Below are positions 13,223-27,659 of a DNA stretch of 64,000 nucleotides, piece after piece. Made by a program: the position numbers and the translations under genes. This stretch comes from Octopus vulgaris (lineage: Eukaryota): contig OX597820.1 of NCBI GenBank assembly GCA_951406725.2, positions 40,238,001-40,302,000 of the forward strand, in the 5' to 3' direction. Each line of letters opens with the position of its first letter. Position 1 is the stretch's first letter. The notes under the pieces were generated by a model. It had not been told where the DNA came from. It saw only the letters and a program-made list of their open reading frames with translations, and ran no database searches.

Positions 13223-14324
13223 TGTACATATTTATGGATATGTATTTAATCCATCGATATATTCTTCTCTCAAAAATTCTAAGAAATCACTAAATGCTTC
13301 TATATAAAAGGTTAATTAAAACAGTAGTGGAAACATTGAAAATGAGCAAGCCTGCAGCCTATGATATTTAAATGTCAGTGGAGCTCACACACACACACGC
13401 ATACACATGTATACACATGCACACATATACACGTACAGTCGATATTTAGAAACTGACATAAACACAAGTATATACATTCTTCATCACGTGTAGGAAATAA
13501 GAAAAAAACACACATATATATATTTGTGTGTTTGTGTGTGCGTAAATGTGTTTGTGTATATAAATATATATATATATATGTATGCAGTTATTGAGGAGCA
13601 TATAGAAATGTCTACCGTGAATTAAATGTCTCTTACAAAATCAATTAATCAATTAATGAGAGAGAACTCTATCGTGAAAAGTAATCCGTTTATTTTGTAC
13701 CTTGCCTTAAGTATATTGTTTTTCATCTATTTGGTATTGCTATGATAATTGTTGTTGCTGTTGTTGCTTTTGGTGTTTTGTTCATGTTGTTGTTGTTGCT
13801 GCTGATGATGATGATGTTGCTGCTGCTGCTGATGATGTTGCTATTTTTGCCTTTGTCGTTGGATCTCGATATATTGTGTTGATTACAGGTTCAATAATGT
13901 TCCGAATTAGATATAGTGTCTTGGCTTCATGTCCAGGAAAATTTTATCGACTTACCAAATTTAATTTGTTTCCTTATATATTTACTCATTCAATTATTGA
14001 ATGCATTTCATTTAAAAGGTTTCATATATTAACATAGATATTTTTTTTCTTTTATCTATTCATTTTTTATTTTTCATTTCAGAAATCGACACTCGATATA
14101 CATACCTATCTGTTGCTTCTAGAAACATTAGCCTTATAAGCATTCAGCTACAAAAATATTTAAAAATACATATTACGATATATTAAATATAACGGACCCT
14201 AATTATTCTGTTAACTGCAAACTATCGCAATATATAAGAAAAGATTCTCTTGCCTGATAACGCATATAGAGCTTTCGCAATTATAAGATGGTATTGTCTT
14301 CTTATATGGAAACACACTGTGAAA

Positions 14325-14364
14325 CCTATATATATATATGTGTGTATGTATGTATGTATATATG

Positions 14365-14427
<63 letters not shown>

Positions 14428-14542
14428 ATGTATATATATATATAAACATATATATATATATATACATATGTATATACATATACATATATATGTATACACA
14501 CATGCACAACTACACACACAAGCACAAAAACATGCACACGCA

Positions 14543-14590
<48 letters not shown>
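14325..14590. repeat. (TA)n-rich compound microsatellite
   Basis: Direct reading. Confidence 0.9.
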
Positions 14591-14592
<2 letters not shown>

Positions 14593-15559
14593 AATATATT
14601 GTAGCATTATCAACATCCATGTGTGCACATGCGCGCAAGTGTTTGTGCGGTGCGTTTGTGTAAAGATGCAATCGTCCAGTCCAATGAAGGTATTGCAAGC
14701 CAAACTTCGAAGTAACTCTCTGCTTTAATATTCTAACGATGTAATGAATATCTTTATTATTCACCACGCATATGACTATTTATTAATAGTTGGCACGTAT
14801 CAGCAAAATCTTTCTGTGTGTAAAAAATGGTCTTTGGTCCTTGTTATATTAGATAGTCCGGCGTTTCTTCTGACTAACGTTACATAAAATGTCAAAACAC
14901 CAGTGTCCCGGAATTCCTTCTGTAAATGACAAGTGTGTATTAGAAGACAAATGAAGAGCTGTTCTCCTGTGACGAAATGCAGCTCTGCTGATGATATCGG
15001 CTTTGGAAACTGCTGGAGTATATTAAGAAGATGTGGAAATCATAGAATCTACGTTATTGTACTGAAATGTATTGAGCAATCGTTCACTTTAATCTTTAAC
15101 TTTTTATTATATATAATATACTTGAATAGATGCACATATATGCATAAAGATTCTTTCGCACAAAGAAACATTCTAGGTTGTTTTGAGATTACCTCCCTGA
15201 AGAAGTCTCTCAAAACTAAATATCAGCTCATTCCCTAATGCATATCTTTATTTAATTTGTATCATTTCGACGACTGGGATTTCAACAGTTCCCATTCATT
15301 CTCCTTTTGATAATTAATTTCATTTACGCTAATGATACTTCTCATTACATTCCTATCGAAAATTACAGAAAATCAGAAAATCAAACATACAAGCTCCCCG
15401 AGCTTGATGCAGTCAATTTTCCTTTGAAATTGTGGCAAGACATAACCTGCAGGAAACATGAGCAAGGAGAAAAATCTAGACGAACGTTGGTTTTGAGAAG
15501 GAATGACTGGTCGTGGATTTAGTTCAGAGCCTTGAAAGCATTTTTGGGATAGCATCAAT

Positions 15560-16445
15560 GAGTGAGTCCGTTTTATCATATTAAAGGCGGTATTAAACCA
15601 GCCAGATCCGAGGAAGAGAAGCCATTATGGTAATGACAGAAAAGAGGCAAAAAAGAAAGTAGTCTCGTAATATGGAGGCTGCAGTGTGTCTGGAATTGAT
15701 TTAACGCTAATCTTTCGCGTGTTCCTTCTCTGGATATCCTCCAAGATATCTGCAAAGAGTATCACATATTGCATTGAGTACTGAAATAATTTCTGAGATT
15801 GAAGAGAAGGGCCGGTCTCTGTCATGTGGACCATTCTATGTTAAGTATATGCTTCCTTAAGACGACAACTTGTTCATTGTAAGACCCAGCTTTTCGAGTG
15901 AATATAACGCTCTAAAGGAACATTCTTGTTTATGCATGAGTGGGGAATTCTTTTTATATGTTTAACGATGGAGCTTTTGTTAAAAGAGACAAGTGTGGCA
16001 TGGTCCCTCAAGAGGTTGCGCTTAAGGTCTCCCTTATTGAAACCTATTCAGGTTTAGCGTATTGTGTCTAGGTACCTGTCAATGATGCATCATTGCATGA
16101 GGTAAAGAAGGAAGACAGAAATATATCATCTGCAAAACTGAGGTCGTTGTGGGTCACAGTGGCAAGTAGATCACTCATATATAGAAGAAATCAATTGGGA
16201 GATAAAATTCTGAGGCACAGCAGCGTCCAGTGAGAGTGGGGAAGAAAAAGCCCTGTGAAGACACACTAAAAAAGTCATTGATCTAAAAGCACAAGCTAGG
16301 TATAGTCAATAGATGGGAAGATTTGAGTTTCGAATGACACATGGCCAAAATGTTTGCTGTGCGTTCAGAGAACATCTTGCATGTGAATAGCATAAAGCAG
16401 TAAGTCAAAAATGTAGCTAACTCTGTATAAGCCATAATGGTAGTC
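15560..16445 (-). mobile_element. Decayed LINE reverse transcriptase (CR1/Jockey group)
   Basis: Minus strand gives AAVPQN..LSP..FLLYMSDLL..SFADD (FADD at 16125-16136), matching GVPQGSVLSPTLFLLYINDL and Y/FADD. Confidence 0.75.
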
Positions 16446-16659
16446 GTTGGAAAGAGAGAACGAGAGACAGAGAGACAGACAGATAAATAAAGAGAGAGAG
16501 AGAGAGACGGAGACAGAGACAGAGAGGGAGAGAGAGAAAAACAGAGAGCTCGTGAAAGAAAGGAGAGACCGGGAGATATATCAGTTGTTAGAAAGCTCCT
16601 TAATGAATGTTAACGTCATTTTAAAGACGTTATTTCCTTAAGCATGTTAGTCTGCACGA

Positions 16660-16700
16660 ATCAATCAATCAATCAATCAATCAATCTATCTATCTATCTG

Positions 16701-16777
<77 letters not shown>

Positions 16778-16800
16778 ATATATATATATATATATATATC
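16660..16800. repeat. (TCAA)n(TCTA)n(TA)n
   Basis: Direct reading. Confidence 0.9.
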
Positions 16801-16981
16801 TACACACACACACACATATACATACAAACAAGTGAGTGGACAAACGAAAGAAGGGCAGTTGACCAATTTATTAGGAGTTACATGTATGGATTCAAACGCT
16901 TCAAACTCAGCAGTACCAACGTATTTGTATGAAACTTTTGATCATATATATACATTCATACATACATACATACATACATAA

Positions 16982-17021
<40 letters not shown>

Positions 17022-18061
17022 ATATATATACATATATACATATATATTTATTTGTTTGTTTGTATACATGTATGTATGTGTGCATGTATGTATGTAGAGA
17101 AATCGAGAGAGTGGGAGAGAGAGAGAGATCACAAACTAATTGCTGAAGACAAGTTATATAGCACAATACATATTGCATAGTACTCGTTGTGTGGAACTTA
17201 TCATTCCATGGGTTCAAGTTGCACATTTTAGGGGAATAGAATAGTTTGATAATAGTAATTATCGAAAAAACAAAATAATTTCCCTTGTGCACATTAAGCA
17301 TTGAACATTGCACTGTAAACTTGCAGCAATTTCACATAGAGTAGAATGTAAGTGTTAGTAAATCTTTGTGTGTTGTCCAATTGCCATGATTAATATTTTT
17401 TTTAAAGATTTCAATTTAATGTTCTTATGATATTTTAGGTGTTAGAATACGATAAAAAATCTCGAATATGACGATGAAATGCTCATCATTTGTGTTAAAA
17501 TTAATTAGTAAGGAATCATTTTCAGAATTGCAATAACTCAAATACCCAATCTAGTGGAATAAAAATACTTCAAAGAAACAAAGCATTCGACTATTAACGT
17601 TACAATATTCATATTCAGCCGTTGATATTTTAATGACAGAGACAAACATGAAACGCTCCCGCTTTATAATAGATTTAAAAATTGTGCTCATGAGATATTA
17701 AAATAATTACAACGAGTATAAGCTAATATATACTATAAGATATACATACCTGCATCCATTCATCCATCCATCCATCCATCCATTCATCAATTTATACATA
17801 CGAGCGTACATGAACGACATGCGTATTTATTCATTAAGCTGCATATAGTATTAAATATGAAAAAAAAAATTAAAACAAACATCGGAAAAGCTGAATCCAG
17901 TGAAACAGGATCTAGGTCAGTTGAATATGACCTTTCGTGTATTAAAAGAAACACTTTTAGCAGCAAACTCGAAAATGTTTAAGCTAAAACCATTTTCTAA
18001 GTATTCTTAAGTAGACGGAAACTGAAAGAATCCCTTCGTATATATATACATATATATATAT

Positions 18062-18352
18062 ATAATAAATCTGTGAACGAGGTATAAGCAGTAGCTGCAC
18101 GATAATGTGAAGTATATTTGCCACCTAAATGTGGCTAACCACTAAGGGGGGATGCTACTGTAGTTTGTAGCCCCAGGAGAACATCTTCTCCAGCTGGCTA
18201 ATGACACACTTTCTTTTGGCACAATGTCTGTGCCTTAGGGCACAGAAAGTGTGTCAATAGCCAGCTGGAGAAGCTGTTCTTCTGGGGCTACAAGCTACAG
18301 TAGCATCCACCCTTAGTGGTTAGCCACATTTAGGTGGCAAATATACTTCACA
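18062..18352 (-). mobile_element. Foldback element: 109-bp inverted arms plus unpaired tail
   Basis: Arms 18106-18214 and 18244-18352 with few mismatches, 29-nt loop, tail 18062-18105 abutting (TA)n. Confidence 0.8.
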
Positions 18353-18380
18353 CACACACATATGTGTATATATATATATA

Positions 18381-18810
18381 TAATAATAAATATTAGGGAA
18401 TAAATCCAAATTTACAGGGAAAAATCAGATTTAGGATTGAATCCAATTTTATAGTAAAATATTATATAATATTAATTAGAGACAAAACCACTATTATACA
18501 AATCAAACAAAGAAAGACTTAATCCAATACATAAAAAATTTTATATAAATTAAATAAAATTAAGTTATCCACTACAATTGTTTCTTGTCACTTCTAAGGA
18601 CATTAATCAGGTGGTTTCAATACCTTCTATTCAATTTAAAATTGAATAGAAGGTCTTGAAACCACCTCATTAATGTCCTTAGAAGTGACAAGAAACAATT
18701 GTTGTGGATAACTTAATTTTATTTAATTTATATAAAATTTTTTATGTATTGGATTAAGTCTTTCTTTGTTTGATTTGCATAATAGTGGTTTTGTCTCTAA
18801 TTAATATTAT
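18381..18810 (-). mobile_element. Near-perfect 345-bp palindrome with hammerhead-like motif and tail (PLE terminal-repeat-like)
   Basis: Arms 18466-18637 and 18639-18810. The tail 18381-18465 is shared with 35850-35934. Flanked by (TA)n. Confidence 0.85.
18569..18614 (-). ncRNA. Degenerate type I hammerhead motif
   Basis: CCAC-CUGAUUA-A-UGUC(cuuagaagu)GACA-A-GAAAC-AAUU-GUA-GUGG. G8U in the core; a mirror copy lies on + from about 18662. Confidence 0.6.
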
Positions 18811-18834
18811 TTATATATATATATATATATATAT

Positions 18835-18875
<41 letters not shown>

Positions 18876-19041
18876 ATATATATATATATGTATACCGGGA
18901 GGGTAGAAAGAAATTAGGCATTAGAAACTGCTTATAGAATTTTTAGTATCACTGAAGTCATGACGAAAATATTTTTTAAACAGACAACACTAATGGGGAT
19001 TTCTTATTGTCTTATTGTCTTATGATTTTCCACCCTCAATT

Positions 19042-19195
19042 GCTTGATAGGCGATGTTGGTGTGTTTACGGGGACGTAAACACACCGATAGAATAAGGAC
19101 TAGGCTTTCAAATAAAAATCCTGGGATCAATTTTTTCGACTAAAGGTGGTGCTCCAGTATGGTCGCAGTAAAAAGACTGAGACAAGTAAAAAGAA
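19042..19195 (+). mobile_element. SINE family A 3' half
   Basis: GACTAAAGGTGGTGCTCCAGTATGG..ACAAGTAAAA matches the family 3' end. A matching 5'-side fragment is at 18011-18040. Confidence 0.75.
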
Positions 19196-20101
19196 AAAAA
19201 AATATATGGACCAAATAGTTTGATTCCAATTTGTAGATATTCTTGAGTTTCAAGCGTGATGCTAGTCTTCCGCCATTTCATACAATTTTCTACGAAATGA
19301 AATAAGCGCAGCATGAATGCTCGATGAAGCTGTCGGTAACATTCAATTTACAGCTGTACTATATTCAACACTTACATTAACAATGCCTACTACGCCAAAA
19401 ATGAAGAAAAAAAAATGTCAGAAAAAACACGCCAAAATACATCAAACTGTTGATGATACTACAAAATATCAGAAGCATTAAAGTTGAACTTAGGGAGCAG
19501 GCGATGTTGACAAAAATACAACCAGCATATTGCAACCGGATACATGAAAAGCAAATATATTTTGAATGAAAGGGTTTGTGCATTTCATGTCCGTTTATAC
19601 AAATACCCATATCTTTTTTTATATCTGTACAATATTATCTTAATGTAGTTTTTAAATGTCCCGAATCCCTTAAAGAGTGTGTAGATTTCTTTCTAACATT
19701 CAGAGACTATACTCAGGTCTACAAAATATATGGCTTCCGAGAATGTAAACCAAGTTATATCAATTTATCTAGGACAGTACAGCATGAAAGTTTATGCCTC
19801 TTTTCTCGACACACTGAACGCATCAGCCATTACCATTGCTTTCACAGCAAAAATATCGATTAGATTTTCTGTAGTTTATATTCAACAGCATAAACACAGT
19901 GCATTTATATGTACACGCGTACATTTACACACATATGTATGTATGGATATATATATTATGTGTGACTGTGTGTTTATTCGTGTGTATGTATGTGCGTATG
20001 TATATATGTCAGTTTGCATGTGTGTGTGTGTTTGCATAAATACAGGTATAAACGCCATATTTCTCTCTCTCTTTCACTCTCTGTATATATATACATATAT
20101 G

Positions 20102-20156
<55 letters not shown>

Positions 20157-20669
20157 ATATATATACGTGTATATATATGTATGTATATATATATACGTGT
20201 ATGTTTTGCATCCTCTCATATATATATGCATGGAAATATGCAATCGTTCACACATATACCCACGCATGTGCGAACCCACATATTCCACATACACATTGAT
20301 CAGTCAAATACACTGCAGCGCGACATAGATATATCTATGTATATGTGAATATATAGATGTATGCATATTATATGCATTCATATGAGTGCGCATGCAGGTA
20401 TGTATATACGTTGGTATAAAACCGTAAATTTGAAGAATAGTCGAAGTATACTCTCCCGGCGGTATTCGCTCGGCGTAATAGGGAAAGACAGATAAAACAG
20501 TGATGGTAATGACATACGATTTACATCCGAAAGTAAAGCTGTACGCTGTGGCATTCCCTTAGTGGTAATGTGGTATTTGTTGTTAAACTTCAGTGACAAT
20601 TTGTAAATGAATAAATAAGTTAAATCTTGCTAAAATATTCAGTTTTCCTCTTATACTTGCTTGCATGTT

Positions 20670-20740
<71 letters not shown>

Positions 20741-20905
20741 GTCTATCTATTTATCTATATATCTGTATAACTAGTTGTCTATTGATTTATATATATATAT
20801 ATGTAATGTGTAATCTATTTGTTCAAGATATATATATCTATATATATATACATACATATATATACATGTATATATATATATACATGTATATGTATATATA
20901 TATAC

Positions 20906-20950
<45 letters not shown>
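20670..20950. repeat. (TCTA)n and (TA)n compound microsatellite
   Basis: Direct reading. Confidence 0.9.
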
Positions 20951-20953
<3 letters not shown>

Positions 20954-21728
20954 TTGTATGTTTGTTTGTATATTTATACCGATATAGACAGTACCATTTA
21001 GATAGGTGGTCACCTATGTAGCTAGCTATTTACTAATCAAATACGTAGTAACATAGCTACAATCCACCCTTATTACTTATAATTTTCACCTTTACAGTTC
21101 AGGAAATCAGCGTGTGGTATCAATGATAATCTTACAAACTGGCATAAGCATATTGATTTTTAGCTGTAGCTTAGTGCCGTTATGTTTAAGGAAAACATTA
21201 AAGGTATTCACAGTATCTAATGTTTTATAGGATCTTCTCTGGATGTATATGATAGATATTCTGTTTATTCTTGAGGAGTTGAAACGACACCGAAACGCAC
21301 GCGTCCAACAATCTATTGACATTATTCATAGTCCCTCTTGTGCTTTCATAAATGCCTAAGATGAAAATTTACTCACAGAAATCTTTCTACACTAACGTAC
21401 TGAATATGATTACACCAAAATATATAATATCAGTTTGAATATCAGTTTGAATATCGCTTATTCTGCGCAGAACATTCACGTGTACTTATTTCACTCCTAC
21501 AAAATTTTATGACTTGAGATTTTGAGTCAAGCTATTATAACATAGACATTAACTCATAGAATTGAGTTTCCTTTTCATTGCTAGTTGGTATATACATATA
21601 CATACATACATACATATATACATACATACATACATACATACATACCTATATTTATATACATACATATATATATACATACATGTATATATATAAAATACAT
21701 ACTCAGTAATATACATATTTACATATAT

Positions 21729-21775
<47 letters not shown>

Positions 21776-21840
21776 ACAAACACATATATATATATACGTA
21801 TATATATATATATATATATATATTTACATATATACATATT

Positions 21841-21900
<60 letters not shown>

Positions 21901-22662
21901 CATTTATATATATTTATATATACACATATGTACGTATGCATATTTGTGTGTCTGTGTGCCTATGTGCATTTATGCATGAAATGTTTGTAAGTAAGATTTA
22001 TATACATATATATGCATGCTGCAACAATGACAACAATTTCTACTATCCATGCATAAGAAACTTTGTGACATCTTCCTATGTAAATTACAACTGGGTCATT
22101 GATTTTGGAATAAACAAATTTACTACACACGTCCTGTAAATGTTTCCATGAAATGCAGCACTACTAGAAATCAACCAACCGTTGCTATGATCTTTTATAG
22201 ACCATTTAGGCTGTTATTATCAAAAGTCCTTTATACATTAACGGTGACACTGTTCTTCACAACATTTAATTGCAGCATGTGAGTGATATGAACAAATGTA
22301 ACAGGAACAGTTTGTTTTCTGATTTTCTGACCTTTCACTGCGAATGTCATTATGTGACGTGGGTGATGAGCAATAATTCCCATGTTTTAGACGAGTTGTG
22401 TCAAGAAGTAAAAGTTTATTATGTGATATTCCTTGAGAAGACGAAACAAATTCTGCAAACAAAGCTCTTAGAAACAGTTCTGCTGTGCATCATTAATGAT
22501 ACTCACGCATAAACACATGCACACACATAAACACAAAAGCCAACAAACTCACACGCATAGACTCACGCATTAGCAAAGGTATATTAAACATATATACGCA
22601 TATATATATATATAAATATCTATGTAAGTATATGTATATATATATATCTATATGTATATATA

Positions 22663-22698
<36 letters not shown>

Positions 22699-22724
22699 TG
22701 TATGTATGTATGTATGTATATACA

Positions 22725-23003
22725 CGACCTTTTTGTGAGCACAGTTTGTGACAGACCATGCCTTTTTTCTGCAGGTCTCATTTGCGAACACATGGAAACC
22801 GAACGTCCACCAACTATTCTGCCCATGTGTCTGTGCATACATTTCAATGCAATGTTTGCCAGAAGGTCTGCAAATCTAACGGAGGCCTCAAAAGACATTT
22901 TAAGATCCACAAAGATCAGAACAAAGAATACCTGAATGACATAACCAGTAATTACAAAGACACCAAATTTCAAACCTGCTGTATATGTCAAACGAAACAT
23001 TAA
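22725..23003 (+). mobile_element. C2H2 zinc-finger remnant, probably the C-terminus of an RTE-type LINE ORF
   Basis: FQCNVCQKVCKSNGGLKRHFKIH is intact. The preceding finger [19 protein letters not shown] is frameshifted. Confidence 0.6.
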
Positions 23004-23099
23004 TTACAAAGATATCGTAATCGATGAACTCTCACATAGTTATGCGATATATTTTTAGAACGTTCTATCAATTCAGAAGTGGAAATAAAATAAAAATTT

Positions 23100-24440
23100 A
23101 GATTAGAAAAATGTGTCAATACAAAATTGAAGAGAGAAATATTAAAAGTAACTACATGTCATTTTGCTTAAACAAACTACAAATAAGGTAATAAGAGCAA
23201 AAACTGATTAAGAATTACTTAAAAATTAATTTATTCACCCACCGATGAATAAAAACTTTAAGCTGGAATATTAAAGATGCATCATATTTAACCAAACTAA
23301 ATGCTAGTAAGAATGTAATTAATACTGTTGATGTTATAATCACCATATTCTTAACAGAAATCTACGGGAATTGTCAGAGCTGAACAGGAAAAGCATGAAG
23401 TTAATCACAGCATTAGGAATACACATCGCCAAATCTAACACACAATGATTATATAGGAAGTGACTTCTGCATGTAGAAAATTATAATAAAATATCTACCA
23501 CAGAAGTGCAAATAAATTTAATAAATAAAGAGAAAACTAAAATTTATGAAGGAAACGAAATATTGTTTTCTATCCTGAAGGAAGAAATGGAATATGAAAC
23601 AGCCACTAAGGTAACGGATATCTGGGGTGAAAGGTTATGATGAAGAAATAACAACAAAAGCAAATAAAAATATTTAAAAAGTAATAAGGTGAAAATAGGA
23701 TTGCAAAATGCATGCTGAGTTAGTAAAAAAGAATCCCTTACGTGCCCAATAGCGTCTACGAAATGATAAAAATGAAAGAAATACAACATTATGTAAGGGG
23801 TGGGGCATTCAAGCAAGATCGAACGATTTCTGATTGCATCAAGAAAGCTGAAGCTTTTGCGTCATAAATTACCAAAACCTATAATACAGCAGAACATAGA
23901 ACGGAACTGGAACACAAGGCTACATTCGGATGTTTTGTGCGAATAATTTATCATGCTGGCTTTTGGCTGCTCTGACTTAATAGAAAAAGAATTTATTTAG
24001 TCATGATATATTTCAAGATTTGATACACACAGAAATGTATGCCCGTGTTATGAATTATCAGCGTAGAAAAATGGTAATGCTATCTTCCACCACAAAAGAT
24101 CTTAGATTATAACAAAGACGCCATACACTTGGACATGTCAATTCTTAGGGTTAAGAAAAAGATCAGATATTGTCAAAGGCTACCAGGAAAGAAGTGTCCC
24201 ATGTATCAATCCCACTATACAAAACGTATAACAAAAAGAAAAAAAGAGAAATAAACCAAATGTAAAGACCGTGAAATAATGAGAACCAGAATATATGAAT
24301 TGAACACGAAAACAGTTCTGGTAATAAAAGGTTTCTTCAGAATTATCTATTAAAATGCAGGCAAGTATCTAACCGAAACCGTACGTCTTACACATAAGCA
24401 CAAACTACAGACGGTGCTACTTTAGCATACGATTTATTGC
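23100..24440 (+). mobile_element. Highly decayed R4/Dong-like LINE (post-RT region to restriction-like endonuclease)
   Basis: Fragments LTKLNAS..VINTVDV, KLITALGIHIAKSNTQ*LY, GCSDLIEKEFI..HD, LDMSI and RSDIV match the order ELNAKN..INTLA, MHHPKSDIERLY, GCPILAKKEY..RHD, WDMPI, RPDIV. Confidence 0.6.
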
Positions 24441-25044
24441 AGTGTCCGTAGTGTACTCTGAGAAATTACTTGATTTGGATTAGGATTTGCGTTTAAGTTT
24501 GGGGTTTATGTTAGTATTTAAGATATGTGTTTAGGGTTAGTGTTTAGAGTTCGAACTTTGTTATAGGGATAGGGTTTAGATTTGAGTTGTAGTCATAAAG
24601 TGTAAATGGGCAGTCAGAACGCACGATCAAGTGGCCTTTTACAGAGAACAATATTTCAATATTTAATTTTGCTTGCAATAGCCGGTTTATTTGGTAAACT
24701 ATCGTATCTGAAGCTGCTTCATATGCCAAGATATGAAAATTGTCAAAGTGTAGTACAACGGTTTCAAATTTTTTAAAACTGCAGCATACGATAGTTTCCA
24801 AAAATATTTCTGACTGAAAATATCCATGCATGGAGATAGAATTATTGTTAAGCTGAAACTGTTGCTAATGTAAAGAGAAATGCAACTGTGAAACAATGAT
24901 TACGTTTTCTCTGAAAGTAACGTTTTGGACAAAAATTTTACATAATAGCAACGATATGAAGATCTACAAGTGCAGTTTTGAAAGTAATCGAGTTCGATAG
25001 AACCATAAATATAGATGAGTGTTTACATACTTGCATACATACGT

Positions 25045-25305
<261 letters not shown>

Positions 25306-27031
25306 AAGTTTAGTGTATACTTTTGCCTAATTCATTTTACTCGTGACGACTCAAACGAAATATCTTATTTAAAATCTTGAAAGATGACTTTCGTTCTTCT
25401 TAAGGTTTTTTTAAAAAGTAATTGGTAAGTTATAAGTTTAATTAACTTATTTTCAAGCATTTCATTGTCCATATTTGAAGTGGTGTCTGTTGATTGTTCT
25501 AAAGTAGATTGTATTGTCATTTGCTGAAAAAAGTGTATTGGCTTTTTAATTCTTATAATACTTTCGATTTTATATATCATACGCGACATTTATATTGTGA
25601 TTTTCAGTATATATTTGTTCGTGAGTTTGTATGTTAGTGTGAGATGTGAGCCTATACATGTATGATGTGTATGACTAATCTCAAATTTTATGTAGATATT
25701 CAAATATATTTGAAGAAGCAAATGAAGAAAAACTAGAAAATGAAAATGAAAATGAAAATAAAAAATTAGAAAGAAACTCTATCTATAATCAAATCAACTT
25801 TGGGTTAAACAAAGATAAATTAAAATAAGCAGATAGGTACATTATAGTGTGGTGATCGTTTCATCGTTTCTCGATTTTATCGTTCACGTCTTCAGACCGT
25901 TGCATCAAATAGCTTCTCTGAACTTGCTACGAAAGAAAGAAACTGGCAGGTTAAAAGGTTAGCCAATGAATTATGAGTCAAACACAAATATTTGACATAT
26001 CATTTCCTTCTTCTCTCATGCAAGCTAACATCCCTTTCGCAGCTTTATTATTTCTAAATTTTTCGATTCAAATCTCTTTCATTCTTTTTTTCTTTCTTTT
26101 CAGTTATTTTCCCTTTTCTTCTCGATCGTTCTTTCCTTTCTACTGCCGTTGTTTATTTTCGTGCGCATTTGTTTTTTGGATTTGTGTGTGTGTGTGTTTA
26201 TTTCTTGCTGCATCTCTTTCATATGGTGGTGGTCTGTTGTGGTGGAATAATACCAAGATTTAACTTTCTCAGATTCATGTTTTTTCGAATTTATGTCCAT
26301 GGCATGTTAAATATTGACGTCTTGGGTTTTTTTTAGAAATAAGGGAGGTGTGTTGATATTGTAAAAAGCAAACATACACGCACACACACGTACATACACA
26401 ACCACACATATACACACGCAACATATAGAGACACAAAAACACACGCTTATTATATATGGCGGTGTAGTCATCATCCCATGCAGCAGACGTGCATCTCGAC
26501 TGTTTTTGTGAACTTCTTCAGATTCTCAAGCATGTTTCCTGATTATTGGTCATTAGTGGTTGAGAACTAGCAAATATATAAATTCCTAGTTTAAGGAGAT
26601 GAACAGCATTAGAATATGTAGGAGAGGAGGGAAATCCCCAGCAATAGCAAACAACATGAAATGATGGTGATGATGATGATGATGATATTTGCAGTGGTGG
26701 TATTTCTAGTGGTGACGGTCGTTGTGATTGTAGATATTGTGTCGACACAATGATAATGCTAGTTGTGGGAACGGTGTTGATGTTGGAGGTGGTGTTGGAG
26801 TTGGTGGTGCTATAATGGTAAGTTTGGTTTTGATGATGGCGTGTAGGAAAAAAAAAATTTAAGACTAATATTAATAACTATAACCATTTGACCCTCTGGA
26901 AATTCACAAGAAGCATTACCTATTCACCATAAAATGCTCATAAAGAGAATATCACTCTCTCTCTCTCGCAGTCTTTCTATCTATCTATATGTATGCATGT
27001 ATATACATATATATGTATGTATATATGTATG

Positions 27032-27081
<50 letters not shown>

Positions 27082-27117
27082 TATATATATACATATATAT
27101 GCACATATGTAAATATT

Positions 27118-27160
<43 letters not shown>

Positions 27161-27659
27161 ACAAACACACAGGAGGGAGAGCGATATCCCTTTCGCCACG
27201 ATCGTTGCCATAACTACCAAAAATAAACTAGCGCCACTGTTTACACCCTACCACCACCACCACCACGGCTATCACCACCACTACCACCGTTAATACCGAA
27301 TGCCAAAAACAAACATGACACTACTTCCACCATCACCTCCATGACCACCAGCATTTTGCATTACCGCCACTCGTTCTTTGCATATGACTTTTACATTTCA
27401 TTCTCTTTTTCATTCTCTCACATTTTCTCTTTCGGTATCTAGTTGTCTCTCAAATACCTTCTCTTTCTTTCACTCTCTCTCTCCGTCTCCCTCTCTCCAT
27501 TCTATATTATGATCGCCATCATCACCTTCAACACCACACCAACAATGTGGTAACTAATAAGCTCCCCTTTACTTCAGTTATTTCTGTTACATCGTGATTC
27601 ATACGAAAGCTGGGTAGATGAAGACGTTTCTTTGCAAACAACGGTACTAACGGGAAAAT

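Noticed and set aside
14985-15020. CTGATGA..GAAAC hammerhead-like spacing
   Set aside because: Stem II does not pair and there is no NUH triplet.
25850-25900. Minus-strand GGU-CUGAAGA..GAAAC-GAUC-ACC
   Set aside because: Stem III mismatch, weak stem II and no element context; probably chance.
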